From the NCBI GenBank assembly GCA_965113315.1, contig OZ220372.1: a stretch of DNA of 64,000 bases; one strand, given 5' to 3'. Source of the stretch: Podarcis vaucheri. Taxonomy: Eukaryota. Shown here piece by piece: positions 47,423 through 62,870 of this stretch. Position numbers and translations under genes: made by a program. Below the pieces are notes generated by a model that saw only the letters and a program-made list of their open reading frames with translations, was not told the DNA's origin and searched no databases. Positions within the stretch are counted from its first letter, which is position 1; each line of letters opens with the position of its first letter.

Positions 47423-50015
47423 TAGCATTTTGAATGGCACTTTGTAAAGGCACCTTTTCTACTGCAGCCAGAGAGAGAGAGAGAGCTGTGCTGACTACAG
47501 TTAAGCTTGCTGTAGCCTTACCTGTTCTACTCTCTGCCATCATTAGATCATGTAGAGTGGATGGAGCTTGTGGCCCAAAGTGGTTACCGCTACTTCTGTT
47601 TTAAGCTACAGATCACTTTATGCAATATTATGGCCTGTAGCATACATGAGCAATCTCCAACTCCATTTGCACAATGTATACAGGTGCACCTATGGATTAA
47701 CACCATTGAACAAGCCCCCATGTAACTTGAAGGAGAGGAGAGTGTGTCTTTACTTTAGTTGTGATACAGATGTTTATCAGGTATTTGCTGTGGTGCGATG
47801 AGTCTGTTCTCATAGAGTAGTGAGAGTGGAAGTGATGTGGCTAAAAACAGCTAGAGTATGGAGGGTGGGGGGAATGCAGGACTTTGCTGTCCCGTTCCAT
47901 TGTGTGTGAGACAAGCAAACCTCAGAGCTGTTCAGACAGTGCCAGCATATACATAAGGCTGCAGCTGCCAGGAAGCTGTCTACAAATTAGTCTCTTCAGC
48001 TCGCCATTAAGTTCATGGTGCCCGTGTCTTGCCTAACAATAAATCTAGGCAGTAACTTGTAGGGAAAAGCAGGACAATGTCAAAACTATAGAAGATCAAG
48101 CATCTTTCCTGTCAGACTGCTAATACTATGGGGTGGATTGCTGTGATAGGCCCTGGGGCCTTTATTCCAGAATCCTAAGTAGTAATTAGTCCGTCAACTT
48201 CAGAGGTATGCAGACAACACACTTCCCTCATAGTAATGCAGTTGATTGGCTTAGGAATGATGTACATTTAATTAAGTGTGTTTCATTGGGGTGGGGGTGG
48301 GAGAAGGCTATGTAATAATGGTGTGCCATGATTCATGGGGTTTAATAACCCTTTGGCGTTATCTTCCAATTTCATAGCTCTGCCTGTTCTTAGCACAAGG
48401 AATAAAAAGCCATTTATCATTTTAAATTTCTGCCCAAAATGTCTGTCATGATGATGAACACGCTGTACAAATGATTTCAGCGAACCTGGTTGCACGGTGA
48501 GGAGGAGGCGGCAGAGGCATTTTCCTCTCCTCCTGCCACCAGCTTTTCTGCTGTAAGACTTGGCTGCTGTATTTCATCAGGTTGGTGGGTGACGGTACAA
48601 ACCAAATTTAGCATCCTCTTTGTAATGCTGTCTAATAGTGTCCTTGTATGATGAGTAACACATGCAAACCCTACAATTTCATCAACCTGTGTTTAACACC
48701 TGTGGGTTAATGAATAGATAAGTGACTATCCATTGGAGAGCTACAGAGCATTATTGAAACTGGCTGTGTGAGATTCAAAAGGGGATTAGCTACTTTATGA
48801 ATCAGAATAGCACCTTACCTGACATTTACTTGGGCAGCAACAATGAATCTTATTAGTTCTTCTTCTTTAGAACATTAATTGGTCATCTGCTGCATGTCTG
48901 TTGGAATAGCGCCATCTGATCTTGGTGTGTAAACAGTTGGCCCCCAGAGTGTACAAAGGGAGAGTTCTAGTCTTACTGTGTCGTTATGGAATTAATGGAC
49001 ACAGAACGTAGTCATGAGCACTAGTGTAGATGGATTTAAAGGAGAGAAATCCATGGAGGATGACTCTATCAAAATGCTGTTAGAATCGATAGCTAAGTGA
49101 ATCCTCTGCAATAACAGGCAACATATCAGATGTTAGGGACAAATAAAAGGGCTGATGCCTTCATGTTCTGCTTGTGAGTTTCCCCAAGGCATCTTGCTGA
49201 CTGGCTTCTTTTGGGAATTAGATGAACCTTTGGTCTGATGTAGCAGGACTCTTTTCTCTTAGTAGTATAACTGTTTCATGCATTACAGCTGTAAGGTTGA
49301 CTCCGTAGATTGCTTGCATTCTTATTTATGTATCTGAAGAATTTTTATGTATCTCTTCAACTTAAAAAGGCCTCCAGAATGGCTTGCAAAGATCAGTTGA
49401 GCTTTGTTACGAAGCTGACTAAAAATGCTCAATATCTTTGCACTGAATTATATGATTGGCTGTGTAAAACTAGATTATAAGACAAAGAGCAGCTAGGGTG
49501 TTCTATTGAAGCCAACTAGTCATAATCATACAAAACTTTTCCCTCTGCAAAAGAAAAAAAACCCTAGGAAATGCCTCCTTTTTTGAAGAATTTCCTGTGT
49601 TTGCACTCCCGGTGCTGCTGCTATCTGGAAACACCCTGTGGGCGAAGAAAAGCACTATTTCAAAATTACTGTTCATAACCAACATTCTAATACACTCTCC
49701 ATCCAGTCTGTTTCTAGTCAGTAAAGATTTTAACTTGTAGGATAGGCAGGCTACCATATAAAACAAAACATTTTAAAGATGAGATTTGATTCATTTGCAA
49801 AACTTATTGGTGTGCTCTTCTGTTATTAGAAAGCACGATAGAGTTTGTATTTGAGAGACGTCTTCTATGTCTTTGCAGATTAAAGTTGTGTTTTTGGCTG
49901 GTCCTCACTTTGGTTGTCTTATATTTATAGATCCAAAAACTTTATTTTTGTGTGGGATCATGACATTACAGAAGGCTCTGCTACTGTATTGCACTGAAAA
50001 CATATGAGCCATATA

Positions 50016-50184
50016 CCGTATTTTTTGCACCACAACACTCACTTTTTTCCTCCTAGAAAGTAAGAGGAAATGTCTGTGCATGTTATGGAGGAAATGCCTA
50101 CGGGTGGCATGCCTACGGATTTTCCTCCTCTAAAAACTATGTGCGTGTTATGGTCGGGTGCATGTTATAGAGCGAAAAATACGG
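50016..50184. mobile_element. Tc1/mariner-superfamily MITE (CCGTA-type TIR)
   Basis: TA-CCGTATTTTTTGC ... GCGAAAAATACGG-TA. Confidence 0.85.
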
Positions 50185-50771
50185 TATGTCATGTGTATGT
50201 GCTTAAATCTGGTTTCTAAAAGTAATATATTGAAGCTGTGAAATGTAGACATCTGGATAATGAATGTGAACGATAGCATAGGATAGCTTCAGTATTGTAG
50301 CCATTTCACGGCTTCAGCACATTACATTTAGAAACCAAATCAGTTTGTAATTAAAATAAGTAAATCTCAAGTGAAAAGTATGTCATTCAGATGCCTAGTA
50401 CTTTTTTAAAAAACTAAAATTATTCTTATCATTTGGATAGAAAAAATACTGTGGGACAGTTGCTTTTTATCTTACAGTAAATATAGTACAGAATGTTCAT
50501 TTCATTACATTTTATAGCAATTTATATATTCATAAGCTACCTTTACTTTGTAAATGAATTTTATTCCTTGTTCTTGTTTAAGGATAAAGAGCAGATGTAG
50601 GTTAAACATAGACCTTACAGTGCAAAAACCAAGTAAATATATCCTACTAAGCTACTAAACTCAGTAAGAAAGCCTTATGAGAGCAAAAAAGTGCTTATGT
50701 GTTGTGTATGGCATTGCATTCTTAAATTCCCATTATCACTCCTCTTCCTCCTTAGCTTACTTTTGTTCTAA

Positions 50772-51002
<231 letters not shown>

Positions 51003-54000
51003 TAGAGAGAAGGTGGTGCTTTGTATGTGAGCCTGAAGGAAGTACCCTTACACAAGGGTCTTAGTTAAATATTGGGTTGTGTTCTAAATATGGAGAAGTG
51101 GCAGGAAGTCTATGGCAATGATGGAATGATAGGCCAAGCTGCTGGCTATAGCAGAAAAGGAATCTGTATATGAACGAATATATAGGGATGGAATAAATGC
51201 AATATGTTGTTAGAATCTGTGGACATTCTCCCCATCATATAAGAAGGTTCAGATGATGAAAAATAATATTGGCACAGAATTCAGAAGCCTAGATACAAGA
51301 ACTCAAGAAACCATGCAAATAGGTATGTCTCCTTTGGTTCTGGTGATTCACTCAATAGATTATGCCAGTAATTTTCCATCAAAGAAGAAAAGAGAATGTA
51401 TGAGTGAGTTCTCTCAGCAGATTACTACTAAAGCAACCTGAGCAGTTGCTCTAGGATAGCCTTCGCCAACTTGGGACCACCAAAAGTTTTGGACTACTGG
51501 TAGAATTCTGCAGCTGTCCAGCTACTGATCCCAGATACCTGAAAGATGCTTTCTAGGAAGCATGTGAAAAAAGACTTTTGCATTCCTCTGGTTTTCATAA
51601 AAACATGTAAATACAGTTTTGTTTTGTTTTTAAATTAGGGCAGTTATGGCTTATTTAATACAATCTACTGAAATTGTTCAGAAGGACAAATATGTGAATG
51701 ATCTCATGACAAGATTTCCTGCTCAAGTGCTAGAGAGCATGTGACAAATTTAAACTGATTATGATGCATTCATTGCAGAGTTTCTTTATCTTTAACTGAA
51801 AAACAACCTTCAACAAGATTCCTATTTAAATAAGTTGAAAATACTCTTTTTCTGGTTACTTAGGTAGAACACACTGATTTGGATGAAACAAAAAAATTAC
51901 CCTGCAGCACTTGCTGTACTTTAAAATGTTTTAGTCTGTGGATCTTGTGAGATTTTTTTTTTGAGCAAGCCATACTAAGAGAGTCTCCTGCTGAGTTTCA
52001 TAGCCATATGAAAATATGCTTTATATGATACTAGTGCAATATTTGCTCATGAACAACTGTGGTTAGGGGATCACTGGGCTTTTCACACCTATGACAATAC
52101 ATTGGGATGTGTTAACAGATGGCAGATGCACACACACACAATCCAGAGGCCATCTTTGTTTGGCCTGGCTTTCCCTTTCCTCTGCCTTTGCTGAGTGTGT
52201 ATATAAAGGCGTAGCTGCGTAGCTGGAAGCCTGCTGCTCTGTGAAATTCATCTCCTAGCAACAGCTATTATCCCCTTTGCCTCGCCTAGGGAGTTTGCAA
52301 ACATGACAACATCTGCTCAGAGGGTCAGCCCACATTCTAAAGTTTGCCAGCTTGATGGCCTGTATGCAAATAGGTTTGGGTCCCCCTCCCTGCTTTCGTA
52401 CTTTCTATAGTTAAAACTATGTCTAGGAAAATCAGAAAACAGGAGGGGGTGGGAATCTCCTTTCATTTCAAAAGAGATTTTTCCCTTGGGAAAGTCTGCC
52501 CTTGGAAAACGTTAAAGAAAATACACAGCTGGAATCTGTGGCATTTAGTGTTTGATTTTTTTTAAAGTTGGTAGTCTTATTTGAGAATTTAAATAACATC
52601 TTCAACTGGAAATGTTGGCAGTAGAGCACTAGTCAGAGACTTCAGCACAATCTTATGCATGTCTCCTTTGAAGAAAGTGCATGTTAAATGGGACTTATTC
52701 TAAGGTAAATTTGCATAGGTGTGCGTGTGCAACCTAAATGTACTTCCATGAGGAGCTTGAGGAATGTTGGAAACGCTTTTGTTCTCTTCCACCTAATTTC
52801 ATCTTCTCCTAAACAAGGTCCCAGAATAGGCAGCTCCTACTATAATGAGCCTTTCCTGTATCAGAGGGCAGGGCGGAAACCTCTTGAACAGCAGTGTGCT
52901 TTTGGTTATCCTCCCACAAAAGCACTGAACTTGTTTTGTAGACATCTGGAGATGCAGGAAGATTGTTGACTGGAGCAAGACTTCACTCTGTGTAATAAGA
53001 CATGCATTATATAAGTGATTGGTTCCTATAGAATTCTGTGAAAGGAATTGGGTACAAGAAGCTGTCTGGTAGTTTTTACTGAATTAATATTTTAAGGAAC
53101 CTTTTATCCAAATAAACCCTTATGATTGTGACACTGAGTTTGGGTTAAGGATAGGCTGAGAGATAGTGACTGGCTGGAGATCACCCAATGAGCATAGTGA
53201 GTGCTTCTTCTTTAACCATTATGCCATACCAAATTTCATTTTGGTGACCTGAAGTGGAATGGTATGCCAGTCACCATTTTTTGGGACATGATATACCCTG
53301 TTTAGGTTTTATTAACTCTTGTGTTCAACAACATGAGAGCAAGAAGCAGGCCACACTCTTCTTCCCTGGAGTCCACATACACTGCATAGACATCTGTAAG
53401 GACCACCTCCTTACAGATGTAATTGTATGCATGAAGCCATCCTTGGGATCTGGAACAATTTGGATTCCAGATTCTAGTGAAGCCTTTGTATGTACAACGG
53501 TATGTGTGAAAGTGTTTTCCCTGCATATGTGGATGTCAAAAGAAGAGCATGGGATATTGGAAGGGTGGGAGTACTCTGTATGGCCTTGCTGCGTGCTTCT
53601 GTGTGTTGAACATGGGAGTAAATAATACCCAAATGTAACTCTAGACAAAAAATTAGGCTAGAATTATGATCTTTGACTTTTATCAAATTCAAAAAGCAGT
53701 GCAGAAGGGGGGGAAAGGAATACACTTGACTTGGATCTTGAATACCACCACAGAACAACAGAAGAGCAGTTCACAAAAGGCAAGACTCTTACTCTCACCA
53801 AAACAGAACCTTTGTAACTCACAGTATCAAAGTAGATGTGACACTAAATGTTTATTTAGCAACCATGCTGAGTTTTTAAAAAAACAAAATTAATAGCACA
53901 GGCTTTAATTTTCAACTGGACTAGGTGATCTTAATGCCTGGTCAGTATTTGAATTGGAGACCTTCAAAGTAAAAAGGATTCCTGCTGTAGTCCTAATGAA

Positions 54001-54231
54001 GTCATCTCATTGCCACAAGTGCTGTTAAAATTCACAGCTGCATTGAGATTTTGAACCAGGAAGAACTCCGCTCACAGCTGTCCTAGTGTATTCTCATGGG
54101 TGAGGTTCAGCCACAGTTCGTGATATCGTAGGCAAGAAGAATCTGGAATGATCCTCACATGAACAGAGCTTTTGAGTACCAAGCTTATCATTCAGTTTTT
54201 AAAAATGTGATTACAGAGCTGGAAACCCATT

Positions 54232-54440
54232 GGTTCATACTAGGGAGTGTGTGTTTGTCATCGCCTTGGTCAAGCTTAGCAGTTTGGCACCTGGTCAGTA
54301 TTTGCATGTGAGACCTTCAAAGTAAACAGAAATAGCACAAGCAAGTTGCATGACTGAATTGTCATGGGAACTTCCCCATCTAGTACACCATCAATGTCCC
54401 AGAATGACACTAGGGAGCACTGTGAGTCTAGAAATGACAT
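54232..54440 (+). mobile_element. 5S rRNA-derived SINE relic, AmnSINE1-like
   Basis: AAGCTTAGCAG..CCTGGTCAGTATTTGCATGTGAGACC matches the 5S internal control region; downstream CAATGTCCCAGAATGACACTAGGGAGCACTGTG resembles the AmnSINE1 body as recalled. Confidence 0.6.
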
Positions 54441-55047
54441 ATATAAATTCTCTGAACAACTTCCATAGATAAGCATGGCGGAATGGCTTGCAGGTGGAAT
54501 GGTAAAAAGAATATTTGTGCTCTGGAGTGGAAGCATTGCAAGTGGATTGTACTATAAGTAATTTATTAGCATAATATTCCTGTTATGTATATGAAGCAAA
54601 TTATCTTGCCTGCATCCTGGCACAGCCCATCATTCCTCTCTCAACTGAGAATCTTTTGATAAATAAAAAATTATCCCCAGTGAATTGGAGCAGATTTTTA
54701 AAAATAAAATAAATAAGATAAAGTACTGGATGGCAGAGAATATCTTAGAAGCAGCATTCTTCCTCTCATAAAGGACAGAAGACCTCTTCTGAAGTGGTTT
54801 AGACTGTGACATATTTGTGTACATTCTAAAAACAGTGGGGTCCCCCCTTTTTTGCTGCTTTATTCATATGCAGATCTTAATTGATTCAAATAAACTCAAA
54901 TAGTCAATCAATAAAAATGTCTTTAATCAAATGACAGATCTGGTAGTGCATTGTGGGATTATTTTTGAATTGCTGAGCTAGAACCACCCACCCCCCGTAG
55001 TTCCTTTTAAACAACATCCTTTGAAACCCTTGGAGTATATTTAGTGA

Positions 55048-55167
<120 letters not shown>

Positions 55168-55184
55168 TGAGTATGCTGTGTGTC

Positions 55185-55230
<46 letters not shown>
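55185..55230. repeat. (CTAT)11 microsatellite just after a TMEM184B donor site
   Basis: Direct reading. Confidence 0.95.
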
Positions 55231-55232
<2 letters not shown>

Positions 55233-56121
55233 TTTATCTCTTTGGTGGGAAAGACTTGAGTGCAGGCTGGCATCTATCATAGCACTTGTTCTACCTCTGC
55301 CACTGGAAACTCTTCAGTGAGATGAGTATGCCTTAACGTTGAATAAGGCCCCTTCATCTAGTTTACCAATTTCCACACCAGTCTGAGTGAGACCATTTGG
55401 TCACACGTGAATTGCACTTCCAGCCTTATTTTCCTTGTTCTCCTCCAAGCTCATTTTAGTCATACTGGCAATAGTTTTGTTGTTGCCCTAAGGCATTTCT
55501 GTCCTAATTTCAAATTAACCACAATTGTTCTTCACACAACAAGACATTGTGAAATCTGCAGTACTTGGGAAGCAACAGCACCTATTAACATCAGTGGGAG
55601 GTGGGTTGAATCTTGCAGCTGTAATTTAGCATAAATGCGTGGAGAAAGCAATTTGGGAAGAAAATGTGGGGAACAAATTGTGTGCCTGCTTGTTTGTTTG
55701 TTTGCTTGCTTGCTTCCTTGCTTGTTTGTCAGTGGGTTGTTTAACTCCACTTTCTCTGAAGACTAAAAGAAATATTATTGTCATACCCTGAGGTGCTCTG
55801 TCTGATCCTTTTCTTTTAAAAAGAGTTTAATATTATATATCCATTCTAGATATCAGCATGAGAAAACAGTTAAACTGCTGTTAAACATCATAAATACTTA
55901 TACGCCTTATTTATAAAACAATCTTAAATGAAATCTATTTATACATTGACCACTAATAATGAAACATATGTTGTATATATTTTTCCACATTTATTATGCT
56001 ATTTTTGTGATATAAAAATGACATGAGAAAACTTGGTATACTTATTTGTATAACATTCTTGTTTATAAAACCCAATAATAATAATAAAGTTAAAAATGAA
56101 ATCTAATTATTTTCTGATTAG

Positions 56122-56238
<117 letters not shown>

Positions 56239-58645
56239 TGATTGGAGAGTTAGATGCTGCCACATGATGCTTCTCTCCATAGGATTATTCGGAAGTAGAA
56301 TCTGCAGGGACTCCCTTAAACTAGTTTTAGGACACTGCTGAAAGTGTGAGTGAGGATGTCAGTTAAGATGAGTATGTGCCCCCCGCCACCCCCACCCTTT
56401 GCTTGTTCTCTTTTATTTATCTGTACAGAACACACAAATCACTTCTAGGTCTGTCAATTCTGCCAACCTTTTGAAAATTAGAGACAGAAGTAAAGAAGAA
56501 TTTGGTTCCACTTAGCCTTGTAGCCTTGGGGAAGTTTTGTGTGAGCTATGGAACAGGAAACATTGAACTGAAATCTCACTTGCCCTTGTTACGTAACTTG
56601 CCACTTCACTTTTCAGCCAAGGCCCAGCTCTGCAGTAAAAGAACCTGTATGAGCTTAAAACTATTTAGAGAGAATTGATTCAGTAACAACAAGATTGCTA
56701 GCATCAAATAAAGTATCAGTACCTAGCTGCATTATTGACTCTGCCGCAATGTCAGTTTAACTGAGAGTGTAGAAAGTATGCATGGTTTGTTCACATTTTG
56801 TAACTTTTACGACATTATTAATTTGGGCTATTTCAACCACACTGCATTGCTCTGTCATGGATATACCTGTTTATCTGACCTTGTGATCTGTAGTGTCTCA
56901 TTCTTTATATGGTTTTATATACCTCAGGTATTTACCCATCACTTTTGGTGTAACTGAAGCCCTTTCTGCCTCATGTCCTTGTAAATAGGCACCAGCACAT
57001 TGTGAGCTATGCGCTGATTGTCTTCTCCCACTACTTCCCACCCCACCCCCCGACAGATTTATCCCATTTTTATAAAACTTGATTTGAGAGCAAAGGCAGC
57101 GTTAACACCTAAAGCACATTATCACCCAGATGTAATAGAAAAAAATCATCTGTATAAATATTGATAACCTCTTTTTTAAAAAATGGTAAAGGAGATTGTG
57201 AGTGAAGACTGGTGTGCAATTGTGACACAAATGGCAAGCTATAGAAGGAAACTCAGTAAAAGGCATAGGGAGAATATAACCTTAGGGTCAGATTAGAAAA
57301 AGCTGCTGAATGTTCCTTCAGTTCATGCTGAGTCTAGAAATAGTTGAGTGTAGAAAAAGAGGCGATGTGGCCAAGGGTTCAAATTTGGCTTGTGTGAGGG
57401 AACATTGTGTGATCTAATGCTTTTGGAAGTGGGGGTGTGACTCTGATACTACTTGGGTTATTTTTAGTCTGTGTATGGTGTTAGGCAACGAGCAACTTTT
57501 TTTTGTTTGCATCAAGACGTGTAAATATCTGACTCAGTTGTCCTGATAATTTGTTTGTACCTCATGATGATCATTAGTTGCAACAGGTTCTTGTATGTGA
57601 TTAAATGTCACATGCTCCTCATATGAGTCCTCCTACTTGGGTCTTGCAGAGGAAGCAGTCAAGGATGAGCCACAACTCTTCACCAAGGGAACCTCTCCCA
57701 GTTTAATTGTAGAGAATAAATTACCTGATATGCTGCAGCCAGCTCTGTGTAAACTGTCAGGAGGAAGTGACAATGGTTCTTGATACATTTTTACTACACA
57801 ATCGTATTGATAAAGTTTCTCTTTCCCCTACCCTTCCCTTAATAGTAGTACAGTAGGACTCACAGAAGACAGGTCTTCTCTCAAAACACTACTGTTTCTC
57901 GGGTCCATCTATTCCGCATGGAAATTTGGCATCAGAATGAATGTCCATTACCAAAGAATAGTTCATTCCCACTAGGATAGTCCGGGCCTCTTCCTTGAAT
58001 TTTCAGATAAATGAATAAATGAATGAATGAATGAATGTCTAGTGTAGTGTAGTGTAGTCTAGTCTTGTTTACCCATGGAGATGCAAGGGGGAAATGTGCA
58101 GGCAGTGTATTCTCTCTTGCTTAGTAAGAAGTAAAGCTTCTCCTCCCTCCCAGAAGCCTGGCCAGTGAATGCTAATGCATTCACTGACAACCTCTTGGAT
58201 ATTTGCTATTTTCAATTTCATTTTATTTTTAGTGTGAATTCCTATTTTTATTAAAATTATATTATAGATCAAATAATGTTTTAAATGGAAGCAGTACAAA
58301 ATATATTAAACAGAGCACGGTCTAGATACATGGTTGTTGACTGCCAGCATTTTAGATTTTGAAGGATTTGTAAATGGTGTCTCTGCCACCGCCATCATAT
58401 TTCTGGCTACAGGCCTGGGATTGGGAGTGTATGGTGAAAATATGTTAACTTTGGAACTTCATTTAGCATGAGCAATTTCACTGTCGATGTTGGAGTGCTT
58501 GTGTATGTACAACAGTATGTCCTTGAGAGATCCAAGAGCAAGTGTTTTGGAATTCTTTTGTCCATATTTACAACCCAGGAGGCTGTCTCTTCTGAATTCT
58601 GTGGAGGTGATAATAAAGAAGTATATCGGGATTGCTAATATTTTC

Positions 58646-58706
58646 TGTGAGCTGCCCTGAAACTTTCGGGTATAGGGCAGTATATAAATTCAATCATCAT
58701 CATCAT
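58646..58706 (+). mobile_element. Extreme 3' end of an L2-like LINE; similar stub at 10667-10700
   Basis: TGTGAGCTGCCCTGA...GGGTATAGGGCAGTATATAAAT stem-loop followed by a short-repeat tail. Confidence 0.5.
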
Positions 58707-59585
58707 CTGCACATCATAATGTATCTCTGAAAATTGCAGTTGAAACAACAGGGTTGACTGGATCAGAGAACACTTTCTCCCCAATGTTCCACTCCAGTGA
58801 AGAAGGAGCTACATTTCCTACTCCTAGCATTCTGTTTGCCTGGGGCAAATGTGACATTCTCAGGCCACTGGACAGGAGCTTAAATGTGTCTGAGATATGA
58901 TTCAGAAGAGGGCTAGCGCCATACCACATTTTGATGATTTGTTTGTCCTCCCCTAGACTTCTGCCCAGTGACAGAGTAACTGTCTGGGTCACATCACCCA
59001 CATGCTGTCCCTGTAATGTCTTAACACTTTCTTCACCAGGAAGTGTCTAAAAATAAAAGTTTGTGGGATCGGGCTGCAGGAAAATGATTAAACAACCCCC
59101 AGAATGGAGAAGAGGAAGCTTAGAAGCAAGTTTAACAATTAGCTTGACCTTTTCCAGTTCACATCATGGCAGTGACTCATCAGCTGGATTGTGCTGGGAT
59201 TTTTTAATCTCATTGAAGTTTTATGGTCACCACCCGAGAGCATCTTATCACAAGCAATCTTTCCCCCTCTTTTGGCTTTCTCTTTCATATGACCGCAAGG
59301 CTGGTTCTTCCTGCTTCGGTGCTTTCTACAAAGCAGGAGATCCCTGCTGAAATCCCAGAATCTTCCACTAGCTTTTCCTCCTCTGAACATGATGCCTAGT
59401 TCACAATCTGTCTATGAAAGCAAATGTGCCATTTCCTTTGCCAAGAGGGAGCTTCAAATATACATTTATTTATTTATTTAGAGATTTCTATCCCATATTT
59501 TTAGTGACTGTATACTGTTCAGAGTGGCTTACAAAAGTATAAAATCACAATCATGCAAGACAATGAATATATACTTAAAATACAG

Positions 59586-59698
59586 TAGGTTGTATCTAAC
59601 GTATACTCAGAGTAGACCCATTGAAATCAGTGGACTTTAGTAAAGTCCACTGATTTCAATGGATCTACTCTGAGTAGGACTTAATTGGGCACAACCCA
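59586..59698. repeat. Palindromic interspersed repeat; older copy at about 2158-2257
   Basis: 36-bp arms 59604-59639 and 59641-59676 with one mismatch; the same TACTCAGA.TAGACCCATT..AAT arm occurs at 2158. Confidence 0.8.
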
Positions 59699-60304
59699 GT
59701 AAAAATACATTAAAATGTTACAATAAAAATGTAACAAAGGCACAGACTGCAGAATACTCTCTCTCTCTCTCTCAACAGCAGATACTTAGGGAAAAGTCTC
59801 CTGGAATTAAAAAAATGCCTTTACTGACCCACCAGAGATAGAGTCACCACAATTCTTGGGCTGTGTGCCACAATATTGCTGCAGCCACTGAGGTGACCCT
59901 GCTCTTGTTACCATTATCCATGGCTTCACCCTGTGTCCCTCTCACTCCCAACCAGGAGCACGTATGTCTTGTCTGGATTGTGCTTCAATATGCTTAGGTG
60001 TCCTACAGTTTATTACCACTTTCAGGCATCAGTTCCGAACCCCAACAGCTTCCTTAGTATTATACGAAAAGGAGAAATAAGAGTTGTGTCCAGTCTGCAT
60101 ACAGATGTCCATTCACCCAGCCTTTGGTTGGGTGGCCTCTTAGACAGCTTTTAGACACAGAAGAAACTATGTTTAAACATATTTTTACTCTGAACATGGC
60201 TAATTAATGAACAGATTATCATCCCTGTTCAAGAAGCAGAATGGCAGTCATAATTCCAAGTTGATGGTGCGGCTTTTTTTGGTCAGTTAGATGAATGGGA
60301 CTGA

Positions 60305-60484
<180 letters not shown>

Positions 60485-61023
60485 TAAGTAAATAATTTAT
60501 TTCTAAATTATAGAGTTTTCTTTGTCACGAAACACTTATCTGACAGTCCTGTGAGGGACTAGGAGTCTAACTGAAAAGGAAGGACTTCTCTATCATAAGA
60601 ACTGGGAGAATGCAGTAATGTCATGGCTGCAAAAAGGTGGATTGATTTGGCTTCAGAACCTTGAAATCAGAGTCTATAAAGTTCCCAGGGTAAACCTTGA
60701 GTTAGTTGCTTTGAGCCACCTTCACAGAATTGCTGTGAGTATAAATTCAAAACATATGGTATGCTGCCACAAAACACTGGAGGAGGAAGTTGGAAACAAA
60801 ATACAAATAAGAGCCTATTAACATGGCCCCCTGACCTCTGCAGTCACAGGAAAAGCTTTGGTAAAGCATTCCCACAAATGTGCCGGCTTGCATACATTTT
60901 CCCTGTAACTACCATGTTTTCTCAATGTAGAAAAGCTCTGTATGTTGTATGAAATGGAGGTTGCTGTAATTGGTTGTAATGGTAGTATAATCTCCCTGTT
61001 GGCATTGGGTCATTGTTTAGTGA

Positions 61024-61341
<318 letters not shown>

Positions 61342-61740
61342 TGAGAGACAATTAAAACCTAATGACACGTGACACATTTTTCTTCTATTTGGTTTAGGAT
61401 TCTTTTCATCAGTGTTGCCTTTTCGCTGTAGGTGAAATGCAGATTCTGCCTTGTACGAGAAATGAAAATTATTAATATTGTGTATTCTGAAATACCCATA
61501 CTTAGCCATTCTCCTTTTGTGTCCTATGTGTAGACTTATTATTATCATTTGGACTGGCAATTTGTAACCTGCTTTTCAACAAATATTCTCCAAACAGGTT
61601 ACCGTAAGAAAGAAAAATACAAACAAAATCTGAGTAAAATGATAAAATGTTGCAACAAAGAAAGATTAAAACGAGGTGGCAACAAAGAGCTTTGGGCCTT
61701 TTGCAGTATGTTGTTCTGTGTGTTCTGTGGAGTGTTTTGA

Positions 61741-62010
<270 letters not shown>

Positions 62011-62846
62011 TGAAAGAAGGGAGATTTCCCAGCTGAGCTTGTTCACAGTATAAATTCCTCAGCTGGGCAACTGAACACCATTTCCCCATCTGCCACATTT
62101 GCACACTGGTCATCACCTGATTTGGTTTTCATTTTCCCTAGCTGTACAGGCTGAAAGACGATCTTCTGTTGAATTATGGGAGACACTCTCTTGAGAGTCC
62201 TTCCCCTGCATTTATTATGAGCTTCCCTGCACGCAAGAATAGAAGTAATTTCCGCATAAAAAGTTTTCCCTTTGGAAGTAATGGTTTTAGAACACAGGAG
62301 GCTGGCTTATGCCAAGTCAGATTGTTCTTCTACCTAGCTCAGTGCTGTCTACACTGACTGGCAGCAGCTCTCCAGAGTTTGAGTTTGTGGTCTTTCCCAG
62401 CCCTATCTAGGCTGGGAAAGTCTGCACACAAAGTGTGTGATTATGTTCCTATACATTTCTCCTCCTCTTAATGCTAAAATTTGGGATGGTGAGCCATTTC
62501 TTAGATATGGTAAACAAAGTTCACTGTATCAGTTCTGTCTGTCTGGACTAGGGGAAGGGGACTAGGTCCAGAGCACAGCTGAGATGGAATAGACTAGGAA
62601 AAACCCACTTGTAGATATTTGGCAGGGGAGAACCAAGTAGCAGAGTTTTACAGACAGTCTCCCCTAAAATCTTGTATTTTATAGTAATTGTACTTGGTTT
62701 GCTATAGAGATGAATATTGTGGTAATTTCCTGGTGGAGAGCCTGAGAATAACATGCCTTTTCAGACTGTTGTTTCCCATATCTTCCTCTCTTGTTTTCCC
62801 CCCTCTTTCCTCTTTTCCTTGCTTTGGGCTCTGGTGTCTGGCGCAG

Positions 62847-62870
62847 CTGTTCCATCATATGGGCCATATG
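62847..62870 (+). CDS. TMEM184B: TMEM184B alternative 24-nt microexon (AVPSYGPY)
   Basis: Long pyrimidine tract, cgcag acceptor, GTAGGT donor, frame-preserving phase 1-1; resembles the VPTYGPY insert I recall from vertebrate TMEM184B isoforms. Confidence 0.85.

Noticed and set aside
54232-54330. 5S rRNA gene
   Set aside because: Too diverged and partial; it continues into SINE-like sequence.
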